Shown piece by piece: positions 56,127 through 64,000 of a stretch of DNA of 64,000 nucleotides; position 1 is the first letter of the stretch, and each line of letters begins with the position of its first letter. Made by a program: the position numbers and the translations under genes. The notes beneath the pieces were generated by a model that ran no database searches, was not told the origin of the DNA, and saw nothing but the letters and a program-made list of their open reading frames with translations. This DNA comes from an uncultured Pseudomonadales bacterium (GTDB taxonomy: Bacteria > Patescibacteriota > Microgenomatia > UBA1400 > PJMF01): contig CAZBEW010000002.1 of NCBI GenBank assembly GCA_964491115.1, positions 64,062-128,061 of the forward strand. The letters are read 5' to 3'.

Positions 56127-56810
56127 GTGCAAAAAACGATTTTACTAAATTGGAAAGCCAACAAAAATATTTTTGAAGTTGAGCATTGGTTAAATAATTT
56201 TCCGAAAGACTTACTTACTAATAAGCCTGATTTGAGATTATTAATCGCTCCACCTTTTCCTTTTATTGCTCAGATGCGTCGCTTAATTGATCATCAGCAA
56301 TTAGCGATTGGTCTGGCAGTGCAAGATATTAGCGCGCAAGGAGCAGGGGCTTATACGGGTGAGGTGGTGGCTAAGAATTTAGAATTTTTAGGTGTAGAAA
56401 TGGCAATTATTGGTCATAGTGAAAGACGAAAATTATTTAATGAAAGTTCACAACTAATTGCCAGCAAAGTGCAAAGAGCTTTAGAAGCAGATATCGGAGT
56501 CATGTTGTGTTTAGATGAGCCTGATTTTCCAGAACAAGCCAAACTCTTAACAGAACAAGAAAGAACACGAGTGAGTGTTGCTTACGAACCCGTTTCAGCC
56601 ATTGGCAGTGGTCAGGCAGTTGAGCCTGAGGTAGTCAAGGCTTTTTTCCAAAAACTTCGTCAATTTTTCCCATTTAATCCATTAATTTATGGTGGCAGTG
56701 TCAATCCCAGCAACATTAAAGACTTTTTAGCGATTAGTGATGGGGTGTTGGTGTCGAGTGCTGCATTAGAATTAACTGATTTTATCCTGCTTATTCAGGC
56801 TTTAGATTAA
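56127..56810 (+). CDS. tpiA: Triosephosphate isomerase
   Basis: NWK, GAYTGE, GHSERR, AYEPV.AIG, YGGSV. Confidence 0.95.
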   Translation: MQKTILLNWKANKNIFEVEHWLNNFPKDLLTNKPDLRLLIAPPFPFIAQMRRLIDHQQLAIGLAVQDISAQGAGAYTGEVVAKNLEFLGVEMAIIGHSERRKLFNESSQLIASKVQRALEADIGVMLCLDEPDFPEQAKLLTEQERTRVSVAYEPVSAIGSGQAVEPEVVKAFFQKLRQFFPFNPLIYGGSVNPSNIKDFLAISDGVLVSSAALELTDFILLIQALD

Positions 56811-56877
56811 ATTAACTGGGTAAATTTTTAACTTGCAACTTGAAAATTTGTACTATTTATATATATTCTGATAGATA

Positions 56878-58245
56878 GTGAAAATTAAAGAAATCATTTT
56901 ATTAGGTTTAATTTTATTAATTTCTCTTTTTTTGCGCCTATGGCGATTAAATATCCCCGAACAGATGTATTTTGATGAAGTCTATCATGTGCCAGCGGTG
57001 CAAATGTTAGCAGCTGGGGATTTTACGACGCCTTTTGAATGGTGGCATCGTGCCGATTGGCCAATTTATTTTGATTGGTTGCATCCGCCTTTAGCCAAGT
57101 ATCTGCAAGCGATTACTTTGCGCTTTTTTAATTTCTGGCCAGCACCAGTCATTTGGCGCTTACCTTCAGTGATTTTTGGGCTCATGGCTTTGCTAGTTTT
57201 TTATTTTTTAGCTAAGGAATTGGCTTTTGCGCTTTTAGCCAATGACAAAATTAATAAATTAATTAAAAGCAAGCTGCAAAGAGAAGATTTAGCCAGCAAT
57301 TTTGCCTTAATCGCCAGTGCCCTGTTTGCTAGTGATGGTTTATTTTTAGTGCAGAGTCGCCTAGCCATGAACGATATTTTTTATTTATTTTTTACCCTGA
57401 GTGCCAGCTATTTTTATTTTTTGTATCGTCGGCAAAAAAACTTAATTGTCTTTTTTTTAAGTGGCCTAATGCTGGCTTTGGCTCTCAGCACTAAATGGTC
57501 TGCTGTTTGGCTCATTATTCTGTTTTTAATGCTGGAATTATGGCGAATTTTCCAGGAAAAATCATATCAACAATTAGCATTTGTCCTTTTTTCCTTATTG
57601 CTCACCCCGGTGGTGATTTATTTATTTGCTTATCTTCCTTATTTTTTCAGCGGTAAAAGTTTGCTTGATTTTTTTCAGCTGCAGAAGCAGATTTTAAATT
57701 TTCAATTACATTGGGCTAGTCCGCATCCTTATCAATCGGGGCCACTAGCTTGGCTATTTAATTGGCGGCCAATCTGGTATTTTACTGATTTATCGCATAG
57801 CAATTGGCGTCAGGATATTTATGCGCAAGGCAATCCCCTACTTTTTTTGTACTTGTTTGCTTTACCTCTTTTTTTATGGATATGGAAAAAAAGTTTGAAA
57901 AGCAAAGCTTTAATCAAAAAATGGCAAGCGACACTTTTTCAGCCCAGCTATTTAAGGCTGTTGATAATTTTTTTGGCGTCCTTTTTGCCTTGGATTTTAT
58001 TTGCTAGACCAATGTTTTTTTATCATTTTTTGCCTGCGCTCCCCTATTTAGTTTTATTAGTGACTTGGCCCGTCTATTTATTTAGTTTAAGCATAAAATC
58101 TCCAGACCAACGCCGAGCATTGATTTTTCATTTCTTATTTTGGCCGTTGTTAGTGGCTATACTTTTTTATCCACATTGGACTGCCTTGCCGGTTCCAGAA
58201 AAAGCTGCTCACTATCTTTACTTTTTCTTGAGCAACTGGCGATGA
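56878..58245 (+). CDS. Protein O-mannosyltransferase (PMT, GT39)
   Basis: YFDEVYH, HPPLAK, SRLAMND, KW, HPYQS...W, GNP, FYHFLPA. Confidence 0.88.
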   Translation: MKIKEIILLGLILLISLFLRLWRLNIPEQMYFDEVYHVPAVQMLAAGDFTTPFEWWHRADWPIYFDWLHPPLAKYLQAITLRFFNFWPAPVIWRLPSVIFGLMALLVFYFLAKELAFALLANDKINKLIKSKLQREDLASNFALIASALFASDGLFLVQSRLAMNDIFYLFFTLSASYFYFLYRRQKNLIVFFLSGLMLALALSTKWSAVWLIILFLMLELWRIFQEKSYQQLAFVLFSLLLTPVVIYLFAYLPYFFSGKSLLDFFQLQKQILNFQLHWASPHPYQSGPLAWLFNWRPIWYFTDLSHSNWRQDIYAQGNPLLFLYLFALPLFLWIWKKSLKSKALIKKWQATLFQPSYLRLLIIFLASFLPWILFARPMFFYHFLPALPYLVLLVTWPVYLFSLSIKSPDQRRALIFHFLFWPLLVAILFYPHWTALPVPEKAAHYLYFFLSNWR

Positions 58246-58298
58246 GTATAAATAAGGTATAATTTAGCAGAATAATAGTTGGGCTAGTGAAGGTTTAT

Positions 58299-59630
58299 AT
58301 GAAAAAAGTAGCAATTATTGGTGGTGGTTTCGGCGCTTTAAATGTGGCGTGGCAATTAAGCAATATTACCGGTCCAGATAAATTACAGATTGATGTTTTT
58401 GAGCAAGACCAACAATTAGCTGGTATGGCTGGGGGTTTTAAAGAGAAAAATTGGGCTTGGACTTTGGACAAACATTATCATCATCTTTTTGCTAAGGATC
58501 GTGCTTTTCAAAAATTTTTAAAAAGCTTGGGTTTGGAGGAAAAACTTTTTTTCAAAAAGACTAAAACTAGTACCCGTTGGCAAGGGAAAAATTTTCAATT
58601 AGATTCGGCTTTGAGCCTTTTAGCTTTTCAAGAATTAAGTTTCTTTGATCGTTTGCGTACTGGTGCAGTCTTAGCTTTTTTAAAAATTTTACCCAATGGT
58701 CAGTTTCTGGAAAAATATCCAGCTAGTGTTTTTTTACAAAAAACTATGGGCCAGAAACCCTGGCAAATAATTTGGCAACCTTTATTTAAATCTAAATTTT
58801 CTGCTTGGGCAGCAGATATTAATATGGCTTGGTTTTGGGCCAGAATTAAGCCAAGAACGGTTAAATTAGCCTATGTTGAAGGTGGTTTTCAATCCCTAGC
58901 CTCAGAAATTCAAAAGAAACTAAGCAAAAAGGGTGTTAAATTTTATTTGCAAGAGCGGGTTGAAAAAATTTACTTGCCAGAGCAAGCAAAAAATAAGCAA
59001 GCTGCTTTCAAATTAAAAATTAAGTCACTAAAAAGTCAAAACAGCAGTACTCAAGAAAAAAAATATGATTTAGTTATTAGCACTCTTCCTTCCACTCAAT
59101 TTAAAAAAATAGCGGCATTACCCGAATTAAAAGACGATCACTTGCAGGGTTTGTCGGCCATGACCATGATTGTGCGTTTAAAAGAGCCCCTTCTAGCAGA
59201 CAAGATCTACTGGTTAAATATTAATGAAAAAAGATGGCCTTTTTTGGCAGTCGTTGAACATGATCATTTTGTGGATAATAAACATTACAATCATGAGCAC
59301 TTAGTCTATTTAGGCAGATATTTATCGAGTGATGAGCCAGCCTATCGCCAGTCAGCCAAAACAATCTGGCAAAGTTATTTACCATACTTGCGCAAATTAA
59401 ACCCAAATGTTGAGCAATTACTAATTGATTATCGTTTATATAAAGAAGATTTTGCCCAACCCTTAGTCAGGGTTAATCATAGTCAGCATTTACCAAAAAT
59501 GCGCACTAGTTGTCCCAAGCTTTATTGGGTATCAATGCAACACATTTATCCTTTTGATCGAGGGCTAAATCAGGCAATCGTCGCCAGCAATCAACTAGTT
59601 GCCGAGATTAAGCAAGATTTGAGTCTTTAG
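58299..59630 (+). CDS. FAD-dependent oxidoreductase (protoporphyrinogen-oxidase-like family)
   Basis: VAIIGGGFGAL, GMAG, LDKHYHH, YPFDRG. Confidence 0.88.
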   Translation: MKKVAIIGGGFGALNVAWQLSNITGPDKLQIDVFEQDQQLAGMAGGFKEKNWAWTLDKHYHHLFAKDRAFQKFLKSLGLEEKLFFKKTKTSTRWQGKNFQLDSALSLLAFQELSFFDRLRTGAVLAFLKILPNGQFLEKYPASVFLQKTMGQKPWQIIWQPLFKSKFSAWAADINMAWFWARIKPRTVKLAYVEGGFQSLASEIQKKLSKKGVKFYLQERVEKIYLPEQAKNKQAAFKLKIKSLKSQNSSTQEKKYDLVISTLPSTQFKKIAALPELKDDHLQGLSAMTMIVRLKEPLLADKIYWLNINEKRWPFLAVVEHDHFVDNKHYNHEHLVYLGRYLSSDEPAYRQSAKTIWQSYLPYLRKLNPNVEQLLIDYRLYKEDFAQPLVRVNHSQHLPKMRTSCPKLYWVSMQHIYPFDRGLNQAIVASNQLVAEIKQDLSL

Positions 59631-59677
59631 TGTTGTTAAAATTCTAGATCACAACTTAGAATTTTTTTGTTATAGTA

Positions 59678-61867
59678 GTGAGGATGATTTTTCAAGTTTA
59701 TTTATCTTTATTACTTTTACAATTATTAGCAATCCCCCTATTTGCTTATTTGAGTAAAACTTTTACGCAAATTAAAGATGGCCTATGGGCTTTTGCTCGT
59801 TTTTTTAGCTGGTTTATCTTGTCTTTACTGGTCTTTTTTATTGCTTACTTAAAAATCCCAATCAACACTACTGTTGGTGTCTATATTGTCTTATTAGTGC
59901 TGTTTTTAATAAATATTTATTTTTTATTTATTGCCAAAAACCACCAGCAACAACAAGAATTACTTAAAAATTATTGGCAGAAGTTTCATCGCCAGATTAT
60001 TATCGAGGAATTAGTCTTTTTCGCTTTTTTTAGTTTTTTATTAATTGTCAGAAGTTTTCAACCAGAGATTCTTGGTTTAGAAAAATTCATGGATGCTGGT
60101 TTTATTCAGGCTTATCTGAAATCACCCACTTTGCCCGCAGCAGATATGTGGTTTGCTGGTGAATCAATAAATTATTATAGTTTTGGTCATTTTATGGGTG
60201 CGATTTTAGTTCATCTATGGCGCATTGATTTAGCCTGGTCTTACAATTTTCTATTGGCGACCGTTATGGCTTTGTTGGCTAGCGAAGTTTTTTCTTTAAC
60301 TTTTAATCTTAGAAGCCATTTTACTTGGAAATCGTCAGTTAAAAAAGAAAAAAAGACTGAAGCACAAGCCAATTTTTCAGCTTCGGCTGGGACTGCTCTC
60401 CTTGCCAGTTTCCTAGTCACTTTATTTGGCAATGGCCATGCGCTTTGGTATTTTTTGACTAATGGCAACTTTATTGATTATTGGTATCCCAATGCCACTC
60501 GTTTTATCGAGCGCACTATTCATGAATTTGCTGTTTATAGTTTTGTGGTGAGCGACCTGCACGCTCATGTGTGGTCGATGCCCATCGTCATTGCCCTGCT
60601 AATGACGATTTTTTTATGGTTAAGCGAATTAATTGAAGAAGTTAAAAGACAAAAAATTATCAAACTATTTGCCGAACGATTTTTTATTTTGAGTTTAGTT
60701 TTGGGAGTATTATTTGGCAGTTTGGTCATGACTAACACCTGGGATGTTTTTATTTATGCCATTTTATTATTAGTCTTGGGAGTTTTATTATTAATGTGGC
60801 GAACTGATTTTTTCTGGCCACTGTGTAGTTCAGCTTTGGGTATAACTTTAACTACGGCAATTGTTAGTGCGCCTTGGTTTCTTAATTTTCAATCTATTTC
60901 AGAAGGAGTTCGCATGGCCACCGAACACTCTCCAATTTGGCAATTATTAGTGTTGTGGGGAGCCCACACCATTCCGGTTTTAATTTTTATTATTATTTTG
61001 TTAGTTAATCGAAAACGACGAAGTAAAAAAGAAGAGGCGGCTTGGTTCTTTACACTGGGTACTTTTTTGGCTTTCCTTGTTTTATTAATTTTTACTGAAT
61101 TCTTTTATTTTAAAGATATTTATACTGGTTATCCACGATCTAATACCATGTTTAAATTGATGTTTCAAGGTTTTATTTGGATAGCGATTTTATTGGCTTT
61201 GGCGATCTCTTTCTTCATTAGTCGGGCAAAAAGCCAACAATGCTTCAACTGGCAATTGCTTGATATTCGTGAAGCTTTGCCCTGGAAAAAGAATAAATTA
61301 TTCAAAGTAAAAGTGGCAGCTCGTACTGTTGTATTTCTGTATTTGCCCATCGCTGCTTTAATTGTTGGTTTAGCGGCCTATCCAGTTTTAGCCTTTAAAA
61401 GTTACTATGGTTTTAAAAATTATCAGGGTTTAGACGGCTTACAGTGGATGAATAAAAAATATCCCAGCTCTTATGCCATGGTTAATTATTTAAAAAACAA
61501 TGAGCCACAGCAAGTTAATATTTTAGAAGCGAGTGGTGAAAGTTTCACTGAATTTTCCATGGTTTCGGCTTTTTCTGGTATGCCGACTGTGGTTGGTTGG
61601 CAGGTTCACGAATGGTTGTGGCGAGGCACTTGGGATCTGCCAGCCAAGCGCCTGACCGAAGTTGAAACAATTTATCTAAATCCCACTAGTCAACAAAGCC
61701 GCGCTCTTTTAGATCAATATCAAATTAAATATATAGTGATTAGCAATCGCGAGCGAGAAAAACATCCCAACTTAAATGAACAGGCTCTGCTCAGCTTGGG
61801 TCAAGTAGTTTGGACTGGCAGCGAAGACGGATCGCAGCAGGATTATCTTATTTTACTTGAAAAGTAA
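59678..61867 (+). CDS. DUF2298 / YYY-type polytopic membrane protein, probable GT-C
   Basis: EKFMD, DMWFAG..INYY, IHEF..YSF...DLHAH, NTWD, NTMFK, GW..HE..WR. Confidence 0.82.
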   Translation: MRMIFQVYLSLLLLQLLAIPLFAYLSKTFTQIKDGLWAFARFFSWFILSLLVFFIAYLKIPINTTVGVYIVLLVLFLINIYFLFIAKNHQQQQELLKNYWQKFHRQIIIEELVFFAFFSFLLIVRSFQPEILGLEKFMDAGFIQAYLKSPTLPAADMWFAGESINYYSFGHFMGAILVHLWRIDLAWSYNFLLATVMALLASEVFSLTFNLRSHFTWKSSVKKEKKTEAQANFSASAGTALLASFLVTLFGNGHALWYFLTNGNFIDYWYPNATRFIERTIHEFAVYSFVVSDLHAHVWSMPIVIALLMTIFLWLSELIEEVKRQKIIKLFAERFFILSLVLGVLFGSLVMTNTWDVFIYAILLLVLGVLLLMWRTDFFWPLCSSALGITLTTAIVSAPWFLNFQSISEGVRMATEHSPIWQLLVLWGAHTIPVLIFIIILLVNRKRRSKKEEAAWFFTLGTFLAFLVLLIFTEFFYFKDIYTGYPRSNTMFKLMFQGFIWIAILLALAISFFISRAKSQQCFNWQLLDIREALPWKKNKLFKVKVAARTVVFLYLPIAALIVGLAAYPVLAFKSYYGFKNYQGLDGLQWMNKKYPSSYAMVNYLKNNEPQQVNILEASGESFTEFSMVSAFSGMPTVVGWQVHEWLWRGTWDLPAKRLTEVETIYLNPTSQQSRALLDQYQIKYIVISNREREKHPNLNEQALLSLGQVVWTGSEDGSQQDYLILLEK

Positions 61868-62633
61868 CCACCACTGTTTTAGATAAAGTGCTTGATCCTG
61901 GTTCCAGCGATGTAGCTGAGATATCGTTAACTGCCAACTCTTTACTGTAAAAAGATCGATAACTAACATCATTCTCCACAATTTCTAAAATCTTGACAAT
62001 TTTTTGTTGATTTTTGGCAGCAATAGTTTCTGCTTTATTTCGGGCATCAGCGACAGCGTCATTAATTAATTCGCCTTCGCTAACATGTTGTTCGTCTAGC
62101 CTAAAATTAGGACCATAGACGTAATTTGCCTGGCTTTTGTTTAAAAGATGTAGTAATTCTTCACTTTCTTGCTTGAGTAAGGCACTCTGCTCATTGCGCA
62201 AAGTGATGCTGATGCTGGTATTAGCTCGCCAATCACCAGTTTTACCCGTGATGTTTTCTTCTCCAATCATCTTTATCTCTGGATTAGCCAATGGCGCAAC
62301 TGAGTCTTCATTTTCTTGATAAACGCTGACTTGATTGGTTTGAATATCTTCGTCAGCAATGCCAAAATTTTTCACATCAATTAATAGTTGATCTACAACT
62401 TGATTAGCATTATTAATTGCTTGCTCTTTTGTTGGGGCAATTACTTCAATGCCAGCAGAAAATTCAGCCAGCTGATTGGAAACGTTTTCTTGCGCTAAAC
62501 CTTGAACAGTAATGATGCTTTTTTCATTGTTAAATAGTGTTAGCGAAGTAAAATTTTGGATTAAAAAATAAGTCGAAAAGCCGAGAATAAAAACTAGTAA
62601 AAATTTAAAAAAGGTATTGTTGTTATTGTTCAT
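61848..62633 (-). CDS. SIMPL (DUF541) domain protein
   Basis: ITVQG, GIADEDIQT, GPNF, AVADARNKAE.IA, PG...VVVTF. Confidence 0.9.
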   Translation of the reverse strand: MNNNNNTFFKFLLVFILGFSTYFLIQNFTSLTLFNNEKSIITVQGLAQENVSNQLAEFSAGIEVIAPTKEQAINNANQVVDQLLIDVKNFGIADEDIQTNQVSVYQENEDSVAPLANPEIKMIGEENITGKTGDWRANTSISITLRNEQSALLKQESEELLHLLNKSQANYVYGPNFRLDEQHVSEGELINDAVADARNKAETIAAKNQQKIVKILEIVENDVSYRSFYSKELAVNDISATSLEPGSSTLSKTVVVTFQVK

Positions 62634-62681
62634 ATGGTGGTCATTATTGCACAGATTGGCTGCTTTTGAAAAGTGTAAGAA

Positions 62682-63653
62682 CTAGCTATCGCTAATTAAC
62701 TCAGCAAATTCGGCACTCACCCATGCCTCTTGTCCTTCAAACTTGATCTTTAGCCAGTCTTTAGTTTGCGCACTAGCTGTAGCCTCTAAATCACTTGTCA
62801 AATCTTCTATATAAGGATAATAAAAATTAGTTTTTGCAAAACCCAACTCTTTTGCATTTTTATCAGCTGCTTCTCTCACTCTTAGAACTTCTAAATTATC
62901 AACAAAAAAATTAGTGCTGTTAATCTTAACTTTTTTACCAATAATCGCTGTTGCTTCTGCCCTGCCCCAACTTTCATCTTCTGTTAACTGGGTTGAGTCA
63001 CTGGCACTGGCATCCACAATAGAGTCGACCAACTCCTGCTGTAGATCAATATTTGGATCAATCGTAGCTGAGTTTAATTTAGCTAAGGTGATGCTTGCCT
63101 TAATCTTATATCCAGGCAAAACTTGCACGACATTTTCTTGGGTCTGATAAGAAGGCAGACTAACTTGATAGGTATATTCTTTGGGTTCTAAGTTTTCTAA
63201 AGTCAGTGGTGCGTATTGAACGGCATCGTCTTCAAAGCTAAGGAGAGCGTTTTCTGGATGAGTTTCAAAACTAAGCACGCCTACATCATCTGAGTTTTTT
63301 AGAGGCTCCAGTTCATAAATAACAACTGAACTTTCTTTAGCACTGGCTCCTGGCGTATAGGAAATCACCGTGAGCGTGCCTTTACTTAAAGTAATGAACA
63401 AGCTTAGTTCGGCTAAATTTTCATCATCAGGGACAATTTTTAAAACATGGTTGCCACTCTTAATAGCTTTTTCAAACAAGGGTGCTTTTTCCAAATACTC
63501 ATCATCTAAAAAAACGCTGGCGTATTGGTCTGAGCCATGGTACTCAATTTGTAGACCAGCTAAATTAATTGTTTTTGGAGGATTAAAATACAGAAACAGC
63601 GCAGCACTTAAAATCACAATCGACAGAAAAAATAGCCAATAACGCTTTATCAT
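62682..63653 (-). CDS. Membrane-anchored PEGA-domain protein with C-terminal SH3-like domain
   Basis: ASVFLDD...P, ETHPENA...APL...PSY; LRVRE...WLKI...AWVS. Confidence 0.8.
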   Translation of the reverse strand: MIKRYWLFFLSIVILSAALFLYFNPPKTINLAGLQIEYHGSDQYASVFLDDEYLEKAPLFEKAIKSGNHVLKIVPDDENLAELSLFITLSKGTLTVISYTPGASAKESSVVIYELEPLKNSDDVGVLSFETHPENALLSFEDDAVQYAPLTLENLEPKEYTYQVSLPSYQTQENVVQVLPGYKIKASITLAKLNSATIDPNIDLQQELVDSIVDASASDSTQLTEDESWGRAEATAIIGKKVKINSTNFFVDNLEVLRVREAADKNAKELGFAKTNFYYPYIEDLTSDLEATASAQTKDWLKIKFEGQEAWVSAEFAELISDS

Positions 63654-63701
63654 CTATTAATTTTATATTACTAGTCGTAGTATAACAAATTTGCCGATGT
63701 C

Positions 63702-64000
63702 TTAGTTAAGAGCGATTTTGAGCACATCTTTAACGTCTTGAACTGGGAAAAATTGCAGATTTTTTTTGACTTCTTTGGGGATTTTAATCAAATCTCTTTC
63801 ATTATCTTGAGGAATGATGACGATTTTACTACCAGCCCGATGAGCAGCAATGGCTTTTTCTTTCAGACCACCAATTCTTAAAACTCTCCCTCGCAAAGTG
63901 ATTTCTCCAGTCATAGCAACATCACGGCGCACGGCCTTGTTTTTAAAAGCCGAGACAATGGCAGTGGTAATTGTTACTCCTGCTGATGGACCATCTTTCG
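63702..64000 (-). CDS. lon: Lon protease, C-terminal part (continues beyond the window)
   Basis: KDGPSAG catalytic Ser; AMTGEITLRG, IGGLKEK. Confidence 0.96.
   Translation of the reverse strand, partial: KDGPSAGVTITTAIVSAFKNKAVRRDVAMTGEITLRGRVLRIGGLKEKAIAAHRAGSKIVIIPQDNERDLIKIPKEVKKNLQFFPVQDVKDVLKIALN

Noticed and set aside
391-63642. Many 60-130 aa antisense or alternative-frame ORFs in the track (e.g. 16803..17204, 30804..30989, 32933..33232)
   Set aside because: Shadows of well-supported genes; 30804..30989 is antisense to rpmF

Overview
Core chromosomal window of a reduced-genome, monoderm bacterium, using genetic code 11. Gene content points to Patescibacteria/CPR, probably Microgenomates (inference): short HolB-like protein, trigger factor without a PPIase domain, short EF-Ts, PheT without domain B2, a type IV pilus locus without PilQ in this window, and several GT-C membrane glycosyltransferases. 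It holds translation genes (rpsB-tsf; rpmF-nusB-ACP-like-rnc-rpsP-khpA; infC-rpmI-rplT-pheST; tyrS; tRNA-Ala(GGC); tRNA-Val(GAC)), DNA metabolism genes (Xer recombinase, gyrB-ppaC-gyrA, recG, pcrA/uvrD), a split type IV pilus locus, envelope and glycosylation genes, gap, tpiA and the 3' end of lon. The main signals missing from the ORF track are as follows. (1) A complete Phe-sensing leader-peptide attenuator between rplT and pheS. (2) A probable terminus module: a symmetric 11-6-11 dif-like site at a local G-to-C skew flip about 1.1 kb from a single Xer gene, flanked by four intergenic copies of an unexplained palindrome, TTGAT-N2-ATCAA. (3) An ACP-like protein lacking the phosphopantetheine serine. 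(4) Two divergent paralogues of an unrecognised surface domain next to a Cys-rich putative pilus adhesin. (5) A PilB lacking the zinc motif and carrying a hexapeptide-repeat N-terminus. (6) Many promoters positioned for leaderless mRNAs. (7) Two unannotated small proteins: a Cys-free bL32 and a 36-aa membrane protein. All calls are by eye; no searches were run.
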